Position numbers and translations under genes: made by a program. Below the pieces are notes generated by a model, which had not been told where the DNA came from, made no database searches, and saw only the letters and a program-made list of their open reading frames with translations. DNA of 64,000 nucleotides from Dimorphilus gyrociliatus (taxonomy: Eukaryota > Animalia > Annelida), in assembly GCA_904063045.1 (NCBI GenBank), contig CAJFCJ010000001.1, positions 992,001-1,056,000 on the forward strand, written 5' to 3'. Below are positions 11,660-26,500 of the stretch, one piece after another; the first letter of the stretch is position 1; each line of letters starts with the position of its first letter.

Positions 11660-14600
11660 TTATAAAGATCCAGTTGAAATTATCTTGAAAAGTGCTGCGA
11701 CATTATTACTTTTAATTGAGTTTCTGCAAGCTGTGATGACTTGATTCTTATATTTCCCAACTGAAATGTAAGCGAAGAAGATAAAGAATGTAAACAATTA
11801 TGAATTTTTTTTCTATTGTTAAATAAAAAGGAAAAAAAATGGTCATTAACCTCTTAATTTTCCAGCCTTCTGAATTATTTGATTCAGTTGTTTCAAGCAG
11901 TTGAGTAACTCTGTATGATTCGTAGATCGTACTTTGTAACCATTGATGAGATCTTTATTGAAATTGAACAGATCCATATAATTTTTTCTCATACTTTTGC
12001 TGTAAAGTTGTAGATAAATGTTATCCTTATAGTTATTATCTCAAAAGGAAATATTGCTACTAACATGTCACCTAACAATCTAGCATCTTCCGCTCTAACT
12101 ATTAAATTTTTTATTATATTGGAATGATCGGCCATTTCTGCTGTAAGCTTTTGACCAGCAGCGTGAAATTCATCAACTTTAGATAGAATGTTGCCTAATT
12201 TTTCCATCTCTTCGGGAAAATCTGCAGTGACTTGTAAATCTTCTATATTAAGGAAAGTACAAAGGGTTTGAATCAAATCGGCTGCGACATCCATATCATT
12301 TGTTCTAATAGTAACCTATTTAATAGTAAAATTTTTACCATCTTGGATAAAACATGTTTATTAATTTAACTAACCTCTCCACGACCTGTCATAGTAAATG
12401 ATACGGCTCCTAAGGTTCTAAGGGCTTGGAAGTTAATATTTAAATCAGGTCCATCACACTTAAAATCCTCGCTTAATAAGAAATTTTGATTAATCCATAA
12501 AACAATCTACAATTATTAGTGTTGTTCGTTTAATATCTCACAAAAAAAATTTCCTGAGTACATACTCTATTGATTCTCTCATGGATTTTAAAAGTAACAT
12601 GTCCAGCTGGTTCTGGAAGGTCTGTTTTTGTAATTAGAGCATACATAGAAAACTTAGGTAGTTGTCTTGATAATTCAAATACGTGAAATTGAGTGCTAAT
12701 ATAGAAATGATAATATTTTAAAAGTATTGAAAAATTCATAAGAATTATTCTTACCTTGATTTATAACCAACGAAAACTTTTAAATGTAAATCAATAGGAA
12801 AATCTTTATTAGGAAATAATGATATGGACATTTCCTGACCAATTTTTTGCTTAGGAGGATGTCTGTTTAACGTTTAAGGAGAATAATATTTACTACATCT
12901 TTCAGAAAATAGATAAGAAAGATAGACCAAGGTTTATACTAACGAAACGTGACATTCATTCTCAAAGATACCCTCTGCAAATATTATTGCCGATCTAACA
13001 ATCGTTTCTAGTAGAGAAATTGAATAGAATTAACTATTTTATAGTAAATAAATAGTACCAATATAATAATACTTACCGTTTGAAGTTGATATTATCAGAT
13101 TTACATGAGGCTGAATAAAAAATAAAAATAGATAGAAATTACATCAATATGAAATATTATTAGTAATTGTATGAACAATAGAAGAAATGTAAAAAAGAAT
13201 ATTTCTATCATTCTTAATTAAGTGTTAAACTTAGAATCTTTAATGAAACATTTTCATTTTCACTTTTTTTTTAATGTTATATCAAGAAATAATCATTAAT
13301 TAAACTGCATTTTGCTTTAAAGTAGTAAAAAGATATACAGTATAATGATGATAAATATTTGAATATATCGTTAATTTTAGAAAAAAATTGATTGTTGAAA
13401 TAGTATATTGGATAATAGAGCACAAAATATTTGAAAAGATTTTTAGAGTGTTGTAACGAAGGATCAGAAATGAAAGTGAAGTTTTGTGAATTATACCTTT
13501 TCACCGCTCTGATAAAAGTTGAATATATATTGTTATATATTTATAATTGTGTGTAATTATGTATATACAGTATATGTATATATGAATAATATTAATATAA
13601 AACTTTAAACTTACTCCTACGTGGGTTGTTCCGGCGGATATGGTCAAAGACGTTTGAATAGTTGTATCTGCCTATTAAAGTGATAAAATAAACAGGTAGC
13701 TTTGCATTATATATAACAAAGTATTTGCAATAGAAAAAACTAACGGGTATAATTCCCATCTCCTTCTGATCCAACTCGCCCAATCCTGATGGTCTTATCA
13801 TTTTACTTGCTTTTAGATTTTCTTCGTAGTTACGCAATTCAAGTAGTAGATTCTATATAGATGAAAATATCTCAAATGTGGAGAATATTCAAAGGAGAAG
13901 ACCATACCTGCTTCCTTTGAGTTAGTTCTCTTAGCGCTTCTTGTTCAGTATTCGTGTCTTGTAATGATTTAGACCCGCCAAATCCACCACCACCTCCTGG
14001 TGTAGCGCTTGTTATTCCATCTACCGCAATACCTCTACTTGCATTTTCTGGAGAAATTTGGTTGAATCCCTTTAATTCACCTTCTGTGCTAGCTATTATT
14101 AGACATTCATTGCCATCCATTTTATAATTCCCCTATATAGCGATATAAAAATACTTTTGAGGGTAAACTGTAATACAATTAATGATAATGATTTACGTGA
14201 ACTATTCCAGCTACTGCAGTTTTCATGTTATCTTTATATATAACTTCTCCAGCTTTATCAGTTCTAACGTCAAATTTGCCATTACTCCATCCTGTAATTA
14301 ATTCATCTACACCGTCGCCGTTCAAATCGAAAGAATGCAAAGAAGTTGGATGATTTTTTGACTTTTGAAAGAAATAGTTAAATGTTAAAGGTAATGTGAT
14401 TATATACAAAACCTTACTTACTTTTATTCTCCAAAGTCGGGTGTTTTTGTCATAAACACCAACAGTTCCGTTATTTAGAGAGTATCCAAACTTGTTGTCT
14501 GACATACGACAGAGATCTAAAATAACCTGAAAAAAATATAATATTTTTACTTTTATATTAAAGAGACGATAATTGAAATCTAATACGTCTGTCTCGGATA

Positions 14601-15367
14601 ACTCAGCTAAGATTGCGTCTTCTTGAAACACACGAATATCAAAATCTTCTGACCCAACAATTAACTCATTCTGATTATCGTTGTTGAAATCAACTAATTC
14701 TAAAGATCTAACATTATCACCAGTAACCTTGTAAATAAATATACATCATTTATGACTATATTAAAAATATAAAGAAACGAACTGTCCAAAAACCTTCTTC
14801 TCCATCTTTGTCAAAACCCTGAAGTGAACAATTTCCTCCAGCAATAACCATAGTTTTTTCCAAACCACCTAATTTTCCAATTACTAAAGCATTACTACCG
14901 TCAGCGGTCTATGTTGAAAAGTTTAACTTTAAAATTTGAAATTATGTTTGCTGTTGAAATACAAACTTCCTTGTAAAAAAGGTCAGTATTCGAATGAACA
15001 TTGTAAGCTAAAAAATTAGTAGGAGTTCCAATGAAGAGTGTGTCACCACTGGACCGATCTTCTTCGTTAAATGAACCGCTAATTACAGCGCTAATGGATT
15101 GATTTATATTTAAGAGTGATATCGAGCTATTTCCTTTGCCTTCTAAGCGACCACCATATATTTCTTGCGGTGCGTGTGGGCTATGAATGAAAACCTAAAG
15201 CAAATATAATAATCGTGATAAGGTAATGACATTAACATTTCACTTTAAACCTTTCCGCCTGTTGTTGCACAAGCTAAACTTGGATGTTTTCCATCAAAAT
15301 ACCCCAAACTAACCATTCGAGGATTGATTTTCATATTTAACTTTAAAGTGAATATTGGTAGCAACAT
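11660..15367 (-). CDS. BBS2: Bardet-Biedl syndrome 2 protein (BBSome subunit)
   Basis: N-terminus [46 protein letters not shown]; internal [34 protein letters not shown] and [12 protein letters not shown]; C-terminus [20 protein letters not shown]. Confidence 0.96.
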
Positions 15368-15675
15368 TCTTGACTATTAGAATTCCAAATACTTTAATAA
15401 ACAAATTATTTATAGTGTTTCTTTTTTTTTTAAAGTTATTAGAACTACACCGATAAAAAAGACATACACGAAACACAAATATTCGAAACTGTAATCTGGA
15501 TAATAGCTCCTAGGCAAAATACCCTCAAACTATTGAATGAAATGCACGCGACGGTAACATGACGGGAGCCATATTAGTATTGCTAAATTATGCTTGGGAA
15601 TGACTGTACAAACCACTGGATAGTTCCACGTTAAGCAACACCTGAACTCGCGTATGCGCACAGAATCTGTACACG

Positions 15676-16903
15676 ATGGCAAGTGAAAACGATCCCCTTC
15701 TCGACATAAAAACAGCTTATTACACCGGTAATTTTCAACAGTGTATTAATGAAGCACAAAAGTTAAAGGTAAATTTCTAAATTTAAATACTTCTAGAAAA
15801 AGAATACTCTAATTCAAAACAATCCATCGATAATAAAACAGTTCCTTCTTTTCGTGTAGGTATCTTCGGATCTGGCAGTTGACAGAGACATTTACATGTA
15901 CAGATCTTATATTGGTCAGCGTAAATATGCTGTAGTCTTGGATGAAATCACTTCAGGAAGTCCTGACAAACTTCAAGCTGTTCGTCGATTGGCCGACTAT
16001 TTATCAGATACATCTAGGGGACCTCAAATTGTTTCTGAACTTGACAAACTTATGTCAACTGGATCTATAGACATTGAAAATGATACATTCCTAGTATGTG
16101 CTGGTAGTATTTACTACAACGAAAGATGCTATGAATCTGCATTAAAATTATTACACCAATCTGACTCTTTAGAGAGTCTGTCATTGATGATTCAAATTCT
16201 CTTGAAAATCGATCGGGTTGATCTGGCTAGGAAAGAATGGAAAAAGATGCAGCATATAGAGGAAGATCATATTCTAACTCAATTAAGTCTTGCTTGGGTT
16301 AATCTATCTATGGTACGTTGCAAGAGACATCTTTATATTAAAAATATTCATGGGTTTTTTTTTTCAACTAGGGAGGGGAAAAGTTGCAGGAAGCCTATTA
16401 TATTTACCAAGAAATGTGCGATAAATATATATCAACGCCATTACTTTTGAACGGTCAAGCTGCATGCTACATGCAACAGGGAAAATACGATGATGCTGAT
16501 ACGGTTCTCCAAGAAGCTTTAGACAAAGTAAGGAGCATTTCGTCCTACGTTGTTTATCAAATTAAATGTTTGATTTATTTTCTAGGACAGCAACAATCCT
16601 GAGACTCTTATCAATATGACTGTTCTTTCTCAACATTTAGGAAAAGCACCCGAAGTTTGTATTAATATTAAGGGGATAACAGTAAGAAAAAAACTGAAAT
16701 GATTATTTTTCCTTCAGGTTAGCAATCGTTACATCTCGCAGTTAAAAGATTCGCATAGAAAGCATCCTTTTGTACAAGACTATTTGAATAAGGTAACAAT
16801 TTTATCATTTTTATTTTCACTATTATTAATAACTTTCTTCTAATTACAGCAAAATGAATTCGATAGAATCGTTATGAATTATGGACCATCAGTAACTGCT
16901 TAA
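15676..16903 (+). CDS. COPE: Coatomer subunit epsilon
   Basis: [31 protein letters not shown]; [12 protein letters not shown]; [16 protein letters not shown]; [13 protein letters not shown]; SNNPETL; stop at 16901-16903. Confidence 0.96.
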
Positions 16904-17545
16904 AAGAAAATTTAGAAAAATAAACACTTAATTTAAAACTTTAATGATATATCTTCTAATATTTATAACTTTAAAATAGACAATTTTTTCTGGTAATTCA
17001 TATCTTTACGGGATTTTCACTGTCCACAAATTGTTCATTTTATTTAATGAAAAATGTACCAAAACATATGCATTTCATAAGTTTCGGATATAAATAAGCT
17101 GCCCAAACTAATTGATATTCGTACACAATATACTTTATATTAGCATCATTGATTACCTAGGTTTTTGACTGCGAAGAGTATCTCTTCTGCTTGATATAAA
17201 ATAAACATTGTTGATCAATACAATCGATTGAATAGATTGTTTGAATAAGGGCGGAACATGGAACGTTGACTAATCGAAAACCCTTCTGGAAAACTTATAG
17301 TGTCCTTGTTTTGTTATTCAACAACTGTCGATAGTCTATTCAATTGATTAATTATCTTAGGTGGGAGAATCAGCATACACTAACAAGATGTCGCTTCATA
17401 CTGGTTGATTAAAACCAATTGGCGAGCAAAGAAAGGACAACATATCGAAGTACTAAATAGACAAAATTATCTTGACTTTTTCATCATAAAGTTAATAGAT
17501 TTAGAATAGCTGTATGATAAGGTAGCTTTATAGGATCAATTTGTC

Positions 17546-20500
17546 ATGGGTAATATGTTTAAACGTCAAAGTGAAGTTCACATTGATAATGAAGTAAGTA
17601 GTCACCTTTTTTTTTAAATTTTTTATACAAGTATTACCTACATAAAGATAAAAGCAAGACCGAAGTTAGGAGGGAAAAAACCTCCCAAAAATCAATCCGT
17701 CAGTGGATCTCAATTATCTCAGGAGAGTCATGCTGACACCGAAGACTCAAGCAAATTATGTACGCCTACATATAAATTGTTAATAAATTATTTATTTATG
17801 AAGTCCATAAATAGCTTACAGAGAGTTGGAGATTAAAAGGAAAACTTTAGAGAGTGAACTGAACGAAATGAAAATTTTATTAACAAAATTAGAGGACGAA
17901 AATCGAAGAATGAAGAATGAAAATAGGGTAATTAACCTGAAAAGAACCATCAAAATTTCCTAATTAAATATACTATTTGCTTTAAAAGGCAATGCAGAGA
18001 ACAAGGGATAAATTAGCTCAGGAGAAGGAGCAAGCGCTAGAGGCAGCAGAAAACGCTTTAAGTAGGTCGAATTTCTTTGAACAAGATCGAGATAAAATTC
18101 AAAGACAATTTAAAGTATTAATCTTAATTATAAATTCACTAAAAAGACTATTTTAACAATGATTTTATAATATTCTAAAAAGATATTTAGAGAAACAAAG
18201 GAATCTGAAATTCAAAATTTACTGCAAGCTCGCAGAGATTTAGAACAAAAACTGTCAAGATTTGCAACAATTGATGAGAATGACGGATCTCATTTTGATT
18301 TAACGAATGGTAAGTAATATTTTTATAATATAATATTTAATTAGAATTAACTAATAGGATTAATTTAAAAATTAAGGAAACTGGTGGAGTCATATTGGAA
18401 GTGAACCTAGTCTAGGAAGTATGGTTCATTTAAATAACGAAAAAAATGACTTTAATCAAAATCAAATTGTCTCTGATACTGGAACTCCTTATTTAACAAT
18501 AAACAAAGGTATTATTTTATAATGATTATAATTTGAATAAACTAAATACTTGAATGTTTTTAGATGACTGGCATACAGCAATGGCAAATTTATCTCAAAT
18601 AATGCCCTCATTCGAACAGCATAGCGAAAGTTCAGTTTTTAAAATTTTTGTATCTGCAGCTCAAGATGCTTTACCTACTTATGAACTTTTCAAACAAAAG
18701 CATTTTGAAAGTCTTCAATCGCTTTGCTTACAAGCTGGAAAGGGATTATTATTTGTTCTATTAGCCGACGATTTCGATAAACCGATTGCTCATGTAAATA
18801 TTTTGCATTAATTCAATATAATATTTTAAATATTCATGTTTCAGTTACAAAATATTGCCAGACAAACTCAGAGAGAAGATTGCAATATTTTTCTAGCATT
18901 TTGGAATAATCAATCAACTAATAACTTAAAAAGTGATTTTGATAGATATATACTTTTCAAGGAAGATGCCAAACCTGTTGTTATTTGCCTCAATTCATCC
19001 TGTTCAAACGAGTAAGATATCTATCCAGTATTATTATTATTATTATATCTTAAATATGTATAATAATAAAACAGAACCATTATCGATATGAAGTTAAAAG
19101 TATCCAAGGTTCCCTTACTGAAATTATTTGAGTATAGTCAGTTTGATGATATTTCTGATTCTGTTGCTAAAGAACTTGAAAGTTGTATGAAAAGGGTAAT
19201 TTATTGGCTGTTTATAATACTTTTAATAAGCAAGTAGTAGTGTTAATTTAATGATTTTTTTGTTTGTTTTAGATTATGGATATGGAACCACCTTCGAGTG
19301 ATGAAATTAAACCCCTTTGTCAAGTAGAGGCTTTCGATCCTATGACAGATTTTGAACAACACGATTTATTCAAACATTTTAGCAATAGTTCTTGCGAAAT
19401 TCGATTTGAATTGGTAAATATACTGCTATTCAAAATACGATAGACCTCTTTTAATAAACAATGTAAATATTTTCAATAGTTGTATGAAAAGATAAATTCT
19501 CATGTTTCACCTGCGGGTCCTTTATCACCACTTATTGTTCATGGCTATCCTGGTTCTGGGAAATCTTTGTTGTTGGCTAAATGGTTAATTTATAAGATTT
19601 ATTCAATTTAATATCCTATATTCTTCTCCCTTTTTAAAATTGAATGTTTTTTCTATATAGGATTGAGCTTCAACAACAAAAGAGGGAAAAAGTTAATATA
19701 TTATACCATTTTGTTGATGACTATTCTTCTCCTAGTGCACTTTGTTGTCTGATTATGAGACGCTTCTCTCAAAAGCTTTTATCATACGTTCCAAATCCTC
19801 CATCCATGTCCTACTGTCCTGAGAAATTGATATCAGACTTTGTAAAGTGGCTTGAAAAGGTTTCGTCTAGAATTAGTAATGGAATTATATTAATTATTGA
19901 TAATGCTCACATGATTTTGGTATTTCTAATATATTTCTAATCAAAACGAAAAAAACAAAACAGTAATTTCTTTTCCAGAATGTTGAGACTATGCTTAATT
20001 GGCTACACGACCCTTTACCAGTTAATGTTCGAGTACTACTATCCGTTGCCAGTGATAAGATGCCACCTTCCTGGAAGTAGGTTTCATTAAAAAAAATGAC
20101 CTATTTATAAATACTATATTGTTTATAAACAATCCATCGTTAAAGGTCATGGCCATCTTGTCAATTGGAATCGCATTCAAAATCTCATATTAGAAGTCTT
20201 TTTCTAAACGAATGGACTTGCAACGAAAGTTTACACAGCACTTTTGAATTTACTGAAGATCAGTTGAATTTCATTGTAGAACAATGTTCGCTAACTGATT
20301 CTAAATCTGTATCAAGATTTATAATCTTATTAGTTAGATCTATTGGAAGGTAATGAATACAAACACTGTAAATAACAGAAAGTACTAATCCTATAACTCG
20401 TTTCAAGCTTATCGAAGAAGGATACTTTTGGCGAAAATATAAGAATGTTTGCGAAATGTGTCAATTGTGAACAATTGTATGAGACCATTTTAAGGCATAG

Positions 20501-23088
20501 TAGCAAAATTTTAGGTGGAGATATATGGAAAATAACATCTAAAGTTAGGTTTTTGAATTGTTGCAGTAATTATTATATTTATTTAATTAAATCATTAAAT
20601 TTTAGATATTAAAACTCATCTTTGTTTCTCATTGTGGTTTAACGGAAGCGGAAATATTTCAATTAGTACCTTCCTTAAATTGGAATACTTGGGGGGCTAT
20701 TTGGATACTCCTCGAACACTTGAAAGTTTTAAAAAATGCTGCTGGTCTTATAACGTTAGAAAATATCACTATAAAGAAAGTTATCAATAGGCTCAAAACT
20801 GGTAAATAACGATTTAACAATGATAGTAAAAATTAATGATAACGACTATTATCTTTTCCATGGCAGATGACAAAATAGACACGTTTCAAATAAGTTTAGA
20901 AAAAGTTGATAAATTCAGTAATACCAACTATTTTCAAATTCTTATTGATTATTTCAAACAATTTATGAAGTATTTAAATAATTATTCAATCAATTAAAAT
21001 AAACCTAATTAATATAATCTTACTAATTATAGACCTGGTAAAATAACTCATAGAACTGCCGATGAATTACCTTGGTTATATTTTCAAATATCAGATAAAA
21101 ATGCATTACATTCTTGTGTTGCTAATTTATGCATCTTCAATCAATTCTTTTCAAGGTAAATTTGAACATTTAAATTAACATTTACCTAAGTATTTATCTA
21201 CATTCTGTGAATAGGGGAAGATGCGATGAGATTGTTCTATATTGGCAAAATTGTGGAAGTGACAGAGAAACAATGGCTACTGAATATATGACGAGTTTGA
21301 AGGGATTTGAAGATCGTAAGTGCTTTTAGTGTCTTCTGATTTGGAGTGCTTATGGAATAAATGTACTTTCAGTTGCGGATGATGGACCCGACTCCTTTAT
21401 TACCCTGCCAAAAGTCGCAGAAATGTATGAAGCTTTAGGCCTTTTACTAAGGGAACTTGGAATGTTTGAACAGGTTTTGGACTATTAATAAGATTAGTAA
21501 ATATCTAAATTGCTTTCTATATGGCCTAGGCTTTGAGACCTCTAGAAAAAAGCTTAGAACTTAGGGAGGCAGCTCTAGATCCAGATCATATATCAATTGG
21601 ACGATCTCTACAGCAATTAGGTATCCTCAATACCATATGGGGAAAATATGGAGTTGCTGAACAACTACATAAAAATGCTTTAGAGGTAAAAAAAAAATAA
21701 CAAATAAATGAAAAGAGGGAGTTTGTTACGAGTTTTCATATCTTCTAAAGATATTCGAAGCATCCCCTGATTGCGATAGTAAACTTCTTGGAAAACAGTT
21801 AGATCTAATGGCTCAATTATTTATGAGACAGAACAAGTATACATTCTCATTTTTATTTCTTATATTGTAATAATTATACAATTCTATGCGATTTCATATA
21901 AAAAAGACAAGATTCAGCAGAACCTTATCGTAGACGGGCAATGAGCGTTATTAAGTCATCTCAAGGGGTAACATTTTAGCATTTTATTTTCACAGTTTCG
22001 CTTAAAAGTTCACGAAGCGATAATGAATTACTCATATATAAATATATATATATATATAGATATATATATATACAGCAAGGACACGTACTTCGAAAAAAAG
22101 CAGCTGTCCTTGAAGATATGACTATAGGACCGGATTCTCCAGAACAAGCAAGAACTTTAAATGATTTAGGTGTTCTACAGTTTCTACAGGGAAATACAAA
22201 GTAGATTTGTTAAATAATCATCTTTTCATTAATTATAAGATTACTGTTTGAAAAAAGATCTGCCGAACCTTTACTCCTTAAGTCAATGGAAATGAGAAAG
22301 GCGGTATTCGGTCATAATCATCTTGACGTTGCTCAATCTTATCACAATTTGGCAGCTTTATATACTGAAATGCAAAAGTTTGAAGAAGCTATGAAATTCT
22401 ATGAAACCGCCTTACAAATAAGACGAGATGTAAATAAGTTATGAATATGAATTATATACCTACGCTTATTTGTGTTTCTTATTAGCTCCTCGATAAAAAG
22501 CATCCTCAAATTATATCATCATTAATGAATTTAGCTTCGCTTCGCAAAAAAGTGGTACGTTAAGGGAGTAAAGTATTTAACACGCCTTTTATTCATTCAC
22601 TTTTTTAAACAGGGAGAGATAGAAGAGGCTATACGACTGTTTCAACAAGCAGCCGACTTAAGGGAAGAAAACTTAGGATGTTTACATCCTCTAGTTGCGG
22701 CTGATTTAGCTAATTTAGCTGTCTTGCTATCCCAACTTGTAAGTTTAGATTGATCAATAATTGTCACTTTATCTCATTTGGAAAAAACCAATTCAATACA
22801 GAAAAGGCATAACGATGCTATCCCCTTATATGAAAGAGCTTTAAGAATATATGAAGAAACTCTAGGTCCTCAAAATGGAAAAATTGGAGATCTTTTAAAA
22901 AATATGGCTCTCTCTAGATATGAACAAGGACATTTTCAAGTATTTCCTATAATATAGTCCTTCCAATCATAAGTTGTTAAATATGAAATCATTTTTAGAT
23001 TGCTGCCAAACTGTACAGAAGAGCTACAGACTTAACATCGACTCTAAGAAAATCGGTGACAAGCGATGGCTTGATAAATGACTTGTAG
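17546..23088 (+). CDS. NPHP3: Nephrocystin-3 (coiled coil, NACHT-like P-loop, TPR repeats)
   Basis: MG start, coiled-coil exons, P-loop VHGYPGSGKSLLLAKW, DPLPVNVRVLLS, RTADELPWL, and many TPR exons (ARTLNDLGVL, VAQSYHNLAALY, VAADLANLAVL). Stop at 23086-23088. There are many short introns and not every boundary was checked. Confidence 0.92.
22034..22072. repeat. Interrupted (TA)n microsatellite abutting an NPHP3 3' splice site
   Basis: ATATATAAATATATATATATATATAGATATATATATATACAG; the next exon starts at 22076. Confidence 0.85.
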
Positions 23089-23514
23089 AATGTAGTATTT
23101 TCCTTTTCCAATTCTAACTAAAATTCCGTCATTAAGCAGTCAGGAATATTAGTTTGTTTGTGATAAATTCTATAAATAGATTGTATATGCTAGCATAATC
23201 AATTTTGTTGTTTAATAAACCTAATGAACTAATTGTTAAACTCTACTTATTGGAATTAGAAAATTGAAGTAAACGTTGAGACTTATTTATTAAGGACGCA
23301 ACATTTACAATTTCTAGAGTATTGAAAGATGTTCACTAAGCATTCTTTGTGACAGATGTAATTATTTCATTTTTAGAGGAACTCTTACTATCGTATATAA
23401 ACGCCATCACAACTATATATCTAAATTGTCATTCGAAGAAAAATAAATACAATTTAAACTCTAACAAAAATTTGTTCTTATTACTCGAAGTAATAGATTA
23501 GTTCAATGTTCAAT

Positions 23515-26500
23515 TTATTCTAGTTCAATTATGATGTCATCTTCTGCAACGGTATCACCAGCTTTGAAATGAATTTTCTTTACCTAATAAAGAAGTATAT
23601 CATATAAATGAATATTATTTTTATAGTTAATATATTATACAAACCTTTGCTGTTTTACCCGCAATTAAACTGTTTTGCATCTTCATTGCTTCCAAAACGC
23701 AGACTTCTTGTCCTTCAGATATCATTTGACCAACTTCAGCGGAGACTTTCTTTACCATTCCAGGCATTGGAGCAAATACAGTTGAGAGTTTATCTATAAC
23801 CTTTTTTTCGGGCATGTGCTTAACATATTCGCTAATTCTTTCCTCCAAGACGTGTGTTTTGAATACCGAACCAGCATACTGCAATTTTATGTGGCCTGCA
23901 GCATCTCTACCCAAGAGTTGGTATGTGATTTTTGATCCATCAATATCAGCGTTTATGATACTTTGAGATAAGTTAAAGTTGTTTTTGATATCAAACGTTT
24001 CTCCCCTACATTTTACTGTAAATATATCGTCTTTCAAGACAATGTGCACTGCTTCTTGGTTGCCATCTAGTACAACGCTTAATTTCCATTCTTTGTCTGC
24101 TAATTGCTCATTATGTAACCTTTAAAAGGATAAAGTATATAGTAGCATTGATTAAATAAAAAGTGAGATTTCAAACCGTTTTTCATTAAGAAAACTCCTA
24201 TCTCTAACGTCTTCCTTAGCATAAACGCAACTAGAAACAGCCATTAGTTTAAGTTCCTCAGAAGATGTTAATTGTTTTCCTGACGTAGTAGATTGTTTTA
24301 AATTATTTATTGATATCTTGATAAATGAACAACAAACCTTTGAAGCCATCCGGGTAGGTTTCTTGAAGATATTTTGTTGTAATATCACCAGAAACAAATC
24401 TCTCTTCAGTTATAATATCTCTCAATAATGGAATATTATGAGTAACTCCTCTGATTACATATGAATCCAAGGCGTTCGTCATCACATCCAAAGAAGTTTG
24501 ACGATCCTTACCGTAAGTTACCAACTAGCAATAAAATATTTGCATAAGTTGACTATTAATGAAATATAAATACGTCTAATACTTTACCTTACAAATCATT
24601 GGATCGTAATAAATGCTAATTTCAGATCCCTCTGTAATTCCACTGTCACAGCGTATTCCCTCTCCTACTGGTTCGCTATATCTTGTTAAACGACCAATAG
24701 ATGGGAGACCAAAATTTTTATAGGGATCCTTTAAATTATTGAACAGGTCAATTAAGAAATTTTTTATAGTAGGCTCGATTTACCTCGGCGTATACTCGGC
24801 ATTCCATTGCCCAGCCATCGACAGGAATTTCATCTTGCGTATGGCTTAGTTTATGTCCTTTGGCAACTCTTATCATTTGATGAACAAGATCGATGCCTGT
24901 AATACATTCTGTAATTGGATGTTCTACTTGTAGACGGGTGTTCATTTCCAAGAAGTAGAAGTTTTTCTGAGAGTCAACTAAAAATTCAACTGTTCCAGCC
25001 GATGAGTATTTAACGGCTTGAGCCATAGCAACAGCTTGTTCACCCATCGCTCTATTAGAACAGAAATTTAATTGTTTGTATTTAAAAAGAAATCAAAAGT
25101 CAGCGGGGCGATATTACTTTCTCATCTCAGGATCTACAAAAGTACTAGGAGCTTCTTCAATAACTTTTTGGTTTCTTCTTTGTATAGAACATTCTCTCTC
25201 ATTCAAATAAACTGCGTTTCCATGATTATCGCATAGTACCTGAACTTCAATATGCCTAGGATTATCAATAAATTTTTCAATTAACATTCGGTCATCCCCA
25301 AAACTTGACTTTGCTTCATCCTTTGATAATCTAAATCCTTTTCTATAACAAAGTTAAAAATTAATATAGTTATTGTTATAAAACAATTTATCATATACCT
25401 AGCTTCTTCATCATTCCAAGCAATTCTCATACCTTTACCACCTCCACCTGCAGATGCTTTTATCATAACTGGATAGCCGATTTGGCGTGAAATTTCCACA
25501 GCATGATCTTCATCGCCAACTTCTCCATCAAATCCAGGAATCATATTAATCTAAAATTTCATATGATAAAATTAAATCAATAAAACTTTCGATTTGGCAT
25601 ATTTAAACTACTACCTTTGCAGCTGAAGCAATACGTTTGCTCTCTATTTTATCACCCATAGATTTAATAGAATAAGAAGACGGTCCAATAAACACAACAT
25701 TGTTGTCGGCCTTAAATAAATATTATAAATGTTCATTATAGTAAATTTTAAATGCTTATAAAAACTTACAAGCTGAGCGGCAAATTCCATATTTTCTGAT
25801 AAAAACCCATAACCTGGATGGACAGCTTGAGCTCCGGTAGATTTAACAGCCTCTAAAATTTTGTCCATCCTCAAATAACTCTGGCTAGTTGGAGCGGGGC
25901 CGATACAAACAGCCTCATCAGCCATTCTGACGAATTTCTGTTCAAAATTGAAAAATTAGAGGATGTACATTTAAAATTCTAAATGTTATTATTACCGCAC
26001 TGGAGTCCACTTCGCTGTGGACAGCGACGGATTTGATACCCAGTCTCTGGCATGATTGAATGACACGGCAAGCAATTTCTCCTCGGTTAGCAACCAATAT
26101 TTTATCAAATTGCTAAAAATTTAAAAGAGTAAAATCGAATTTAAAACAATAACATATGGTACTTACACTTTCTCCTTTTTGGATTTTGTCATTCCAGTAT
26201 AGATCCCTAAAATTTTGACTGGTTGTTTGGAAAAATCTTAGTGAAATCTGTAAAAAGGCAAAAAGAGAAGTGAACCATCTGTGAAGCAAGAGTTCATTTA
26301 AACTACAATTGCTAGAAATTGTAACTTAAGCTCAAAAGTTTCCAAGTTTAATATATATTCTTCCACTTTTAGATCAGTAATAACTAACAACTAAGTAACA
26401 ATATATCGCATCTTTATGACTATTCGGGTCAAGGACGATCAATGTCACCTATCTGCAACCAGTCTTTACATTCATTTACAAAAAACTTAAAAAAAGCCTA

